Assembly: GCA_050916045.1 (NCBI GenBank)
Contig: CP051526.1
Location: forward strand, 2,368,001-2,432,000
Direction: 5' to 3'
Origin: Tepidisphaera sp.
Lineage (GTDB): Bacteria > Planctomycetota > Phycisphaerae > Phycisphaerales > UBA1924
DNA length: 64,000 nucleotides
Position 1 is the stretch's first letter, and every line of letters begins with the position of its first letter. This document shows positions 61,934-64,000 of the stretch, one piece after another. Made by a program: the position numbers and the translations under genes. The notes under the pieces are model-generated. The model did no database searches. It worked only from the letters and a program-made list of their open reading frames with translations, and was not told the origin of the DNA.

Positions 61934-61988
61934 ACCCAAGACCCTCTGACCCCCTGTCAAACGTGCTATCCAGCCGCGCAACACCCCG
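61915..61988 (-). tRNA. Degenerate tRNA-Pro(GGG), probable pseudo-tRNA
   Basis: CGGGGTG..TTTGA-CAGGGGG-TCAGA..GGTTCAAATCC..ACCCCGA; A replaces U33, G7:G66 mismatch, weak T-stem. Confidence 0.8.
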
Positions 61989-62972
61989 ATCGGCGTGCCC
62001 AGTGGCGCACGAGTGACTTTCGCCTCTCGGGGTTCGAAGGGGGGATTCTCACGGGGGGCTGATGGCAACCTGCTGAAATCACTGGATTTACGTCTCAAGC
62101 CCTTGTCAAACCATGATTTGCGGCGTCTCGAAGCACTCATGATTCTCCACGGTTTCTTGCCATCCTGAGGTCAGTCTCGGGGGACACGGCGGGGGATTCA
62201 GTCAGGTCGCTTGCCAAGCTCTTGGCCCCGAGAGCCTCGATGCTCGGTGGTGTTTGCACCCACGTAGGTCGTACCCCGTTCGGGTCTGATTGGCGGACGG
62301 CTTGAGTGCCGCCGCTGCATGAACGGATACCTGACGTTTGATGGTCCGCGGCAACACCGCCTGCCGGCTCGAATCTGGACCGCTCGCGACAACCCCGAGC
62401 GGTCCCCCACCACCGACGGGTGTGATCCCGCCTGGACGGTGCTGACAAGAAAGAGGTGACGACCCCACCGCCGGAGCTGAACGTCAAGCGTGCCGTCTGT
62501 GGGACTGCACCGCATTTTAAACCGGCTGGTGAGGAAAGGATGAGGCTTTCCTTGGAATCTGTGAGGTGCTGGAACCCCTTTGGGGGCATTCTCGCTTGAT
62601 CCCGCGCCGAGTCGCGTGGGGTCGCGTAAAGCCTCAAATTGCAAGGGTTTAGAGCCATCCCGGTCCGGGCCTGAGTCGGTCGGTTCGTCGCGCCCCGCCG
62701 CGCTCACATTCCCCGTTCCGCGCGGAGACTGCGGGCCTGAGTGCGTTGCAGCTTTGTGAACAACGATCGTCGTGGCTCGCATCTCGTTGGCGACACTCGC
62801 TGCTCACGGTGCACCGCGGAAAAAGGCTGTGCCCGCGATCCGGCGATCCCGAGAGAAAACAACCGCCGAGAGCACGCGGCTCTCGGCGGTCGGGAGGCTT
62901 CGGACTTGACTCTGCTGCGGGCCGCTCACAGCTCGGCGTTCACGCAAACCTGGAACAGCCAGAGCACTCAGC

Positions 62973-64000
62973 TCATGGGCGACCGATGGCCACGGGGTGG
63001 CCGTGCTCGGCGGGCACGATGGTCCCCGGGCCCGAGAGCACGAAGCTTCCGCCGTACGAGCCCGGCAGCACGCCCATGACGCGCCCGGTTTGCGGAGCGT
63101 CATGCAACTCCCATTCCAGGAGCGCCAGCGACAGCGAAAGGCCGCTGACCACCAAGGAGGGCACCGGCGATCGCAGTAGCCCGCTCGACGGGAAGGTTCG
63201 ATTCTGCGTGGTGTGCGTCCAGACGCCGTCGCCATCCAGGTCGTGGTAATTGATCCAGACCTGGGTGATGCCGGCCCGAACCATGTCTCCAAACAGGTTC
63301 TGCATCTCAAACCCGTTGCCGGGCACACGGAAGTTGCTCGAGAAGTTCTCCTCGGGCGGCGCGCTCTGAAAGTTGCCGCGTTCTGAAGAGATCGACCAAT
63401 TGCCGTTCGGGCTCTGGATCGCGTATCGCATCTCGGTACTGGGATCAGCCCAGCGTATCCGCGCGGTGTCTCCCTGGATGACCGCCATCGCCGCGCGGGG
63501 CTGACCGTCCACGGGCGGCGGATACCGGTGGTCCCAGCTCCAGATGGTGGCCCGCATCTGCTCGTCGGCGGGGAACTCGATGGGATTGCCTGGGAGGCCC
63601 AGCGATTTGCCGACCGGATCAAAGCGGACGTAATCCATGCCCGCGCGGACCGCTTCTCTGACCACCGCCGGCGATTCACTGCCGTACGTGGCGTATTGCC
63701 CGGCGGAGGTGTTGTTGTAGAGCACCGAATAGGCGGAGGTTGACGTGCAGCTGGGCCTGACCTGATTGCCGACCGGGGTTGCTCCCCAGTAGTGCCACGC
63801 GGTGTCGCTGGCGAAGTCCCTCGCATGAAAGGTGTACCAATTGTTATACCCGCAGTACGGAACACTCGGAACGTCGGACAGCATGAAGTCCTGCGTCGGG
63901 TAGTCCCCCCAGTAGTGGTCGTCGCAGGGCGAAGTCACACCGCCGGTGTTCACGATGAGCACGCGCCCGAAGCCGCGGAGCTCATTCATCGTCATCCTGG
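62973..64000 (-). CDS. Hypothetical, probably secreted protein, 5'-partial at window edge
   Basis: Long Trp/Tyr/Gly-rich ORF open to window end; DLDGDG possible Ca-binding motif. Confidence 0.6.
   Translation of the reverse strand, partial: RMTMNELRGFGRVLIVNTGGVTSPCDDHYWGDYPTQDFMLSDVPSVPYCGYNNWYTFHARDFASDTAWHYWGATPVGNQVRPSCTSTSAYSVLYNNTSAGQYATYGSESPAVVREAVRAGMDYVRFDPVGKSLGLPGNPIEFPADEQMRATIWSWDHRYPPPVDGQPRAAMAVIQGDTARIRWADPSTEMRYAIQSPNGNWSISSERGNFQSAPPEENFSSNFRVPGNGFEMQNLFGDMVRAGITQVWINYHDLDGDGVWTHTTQNRTFPSSGLLRSPVPSLVVSGLSLSLALLEWELHDAPQTGRVMGVLPGSYGGSFVLSGPGTIVPAEHGHPVAIGRP

Noticed and set aside
62500..62560. RNase P RNA (GAGGAAAG)
   Set aside because: Lacks GAGGAAAGUCC and the other conserved regions; no tmRNA or SRP hallmarks either

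Overview
High-GC bacterial window. Gene content (PVC-type CxxCH protein, DUF1080, squalene-cyclase-like barrel protein, CPxC..CPECG zinc-ribbon membrane protein) suggests a Planctomycetota, probably Phycisphaerae, genome; this is an inference. Bases 1-18.4 kb are accessory and partly decayed. They hold an adh/ppsA/USP/ldhA/lactate-permease/P-type ATPase cluster with nonsense and deletion damage, an inserted lipoprotein plus LRR pair, and small HxlR- and AraC-regulated modules. Bases 18.5-53 kb look core-like (GH fusion, M28, gcvP, S9 peptidase, psd-pssA, CxxCH protein, cyanophycinase-like, ChaN, M20) with two small-ORF islets. Three highlights. (1) A blaI-blaR1-TPR-exbB-exbD operon ending in a 1176-aa protein with a TolB-like propeller, an SxxxH transmembrane helix, a long linker and a squalene-cyclase-like barrel; its promoter and two palindromic operators are visible. 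(2) A 3.7-kb islet between a 14-bp direct repeat of a degenerate tRNA-Pro 3' end, whose junctions carry two in-frame halves of a recombinase-like C-terminus and whose cargo is a triple-domain esterase. (3) Three decayed copies of one unannotated domain ending in 'ATVAA*' at accessory-segment borders. All family calls come from motif recognition; no database searches were run.
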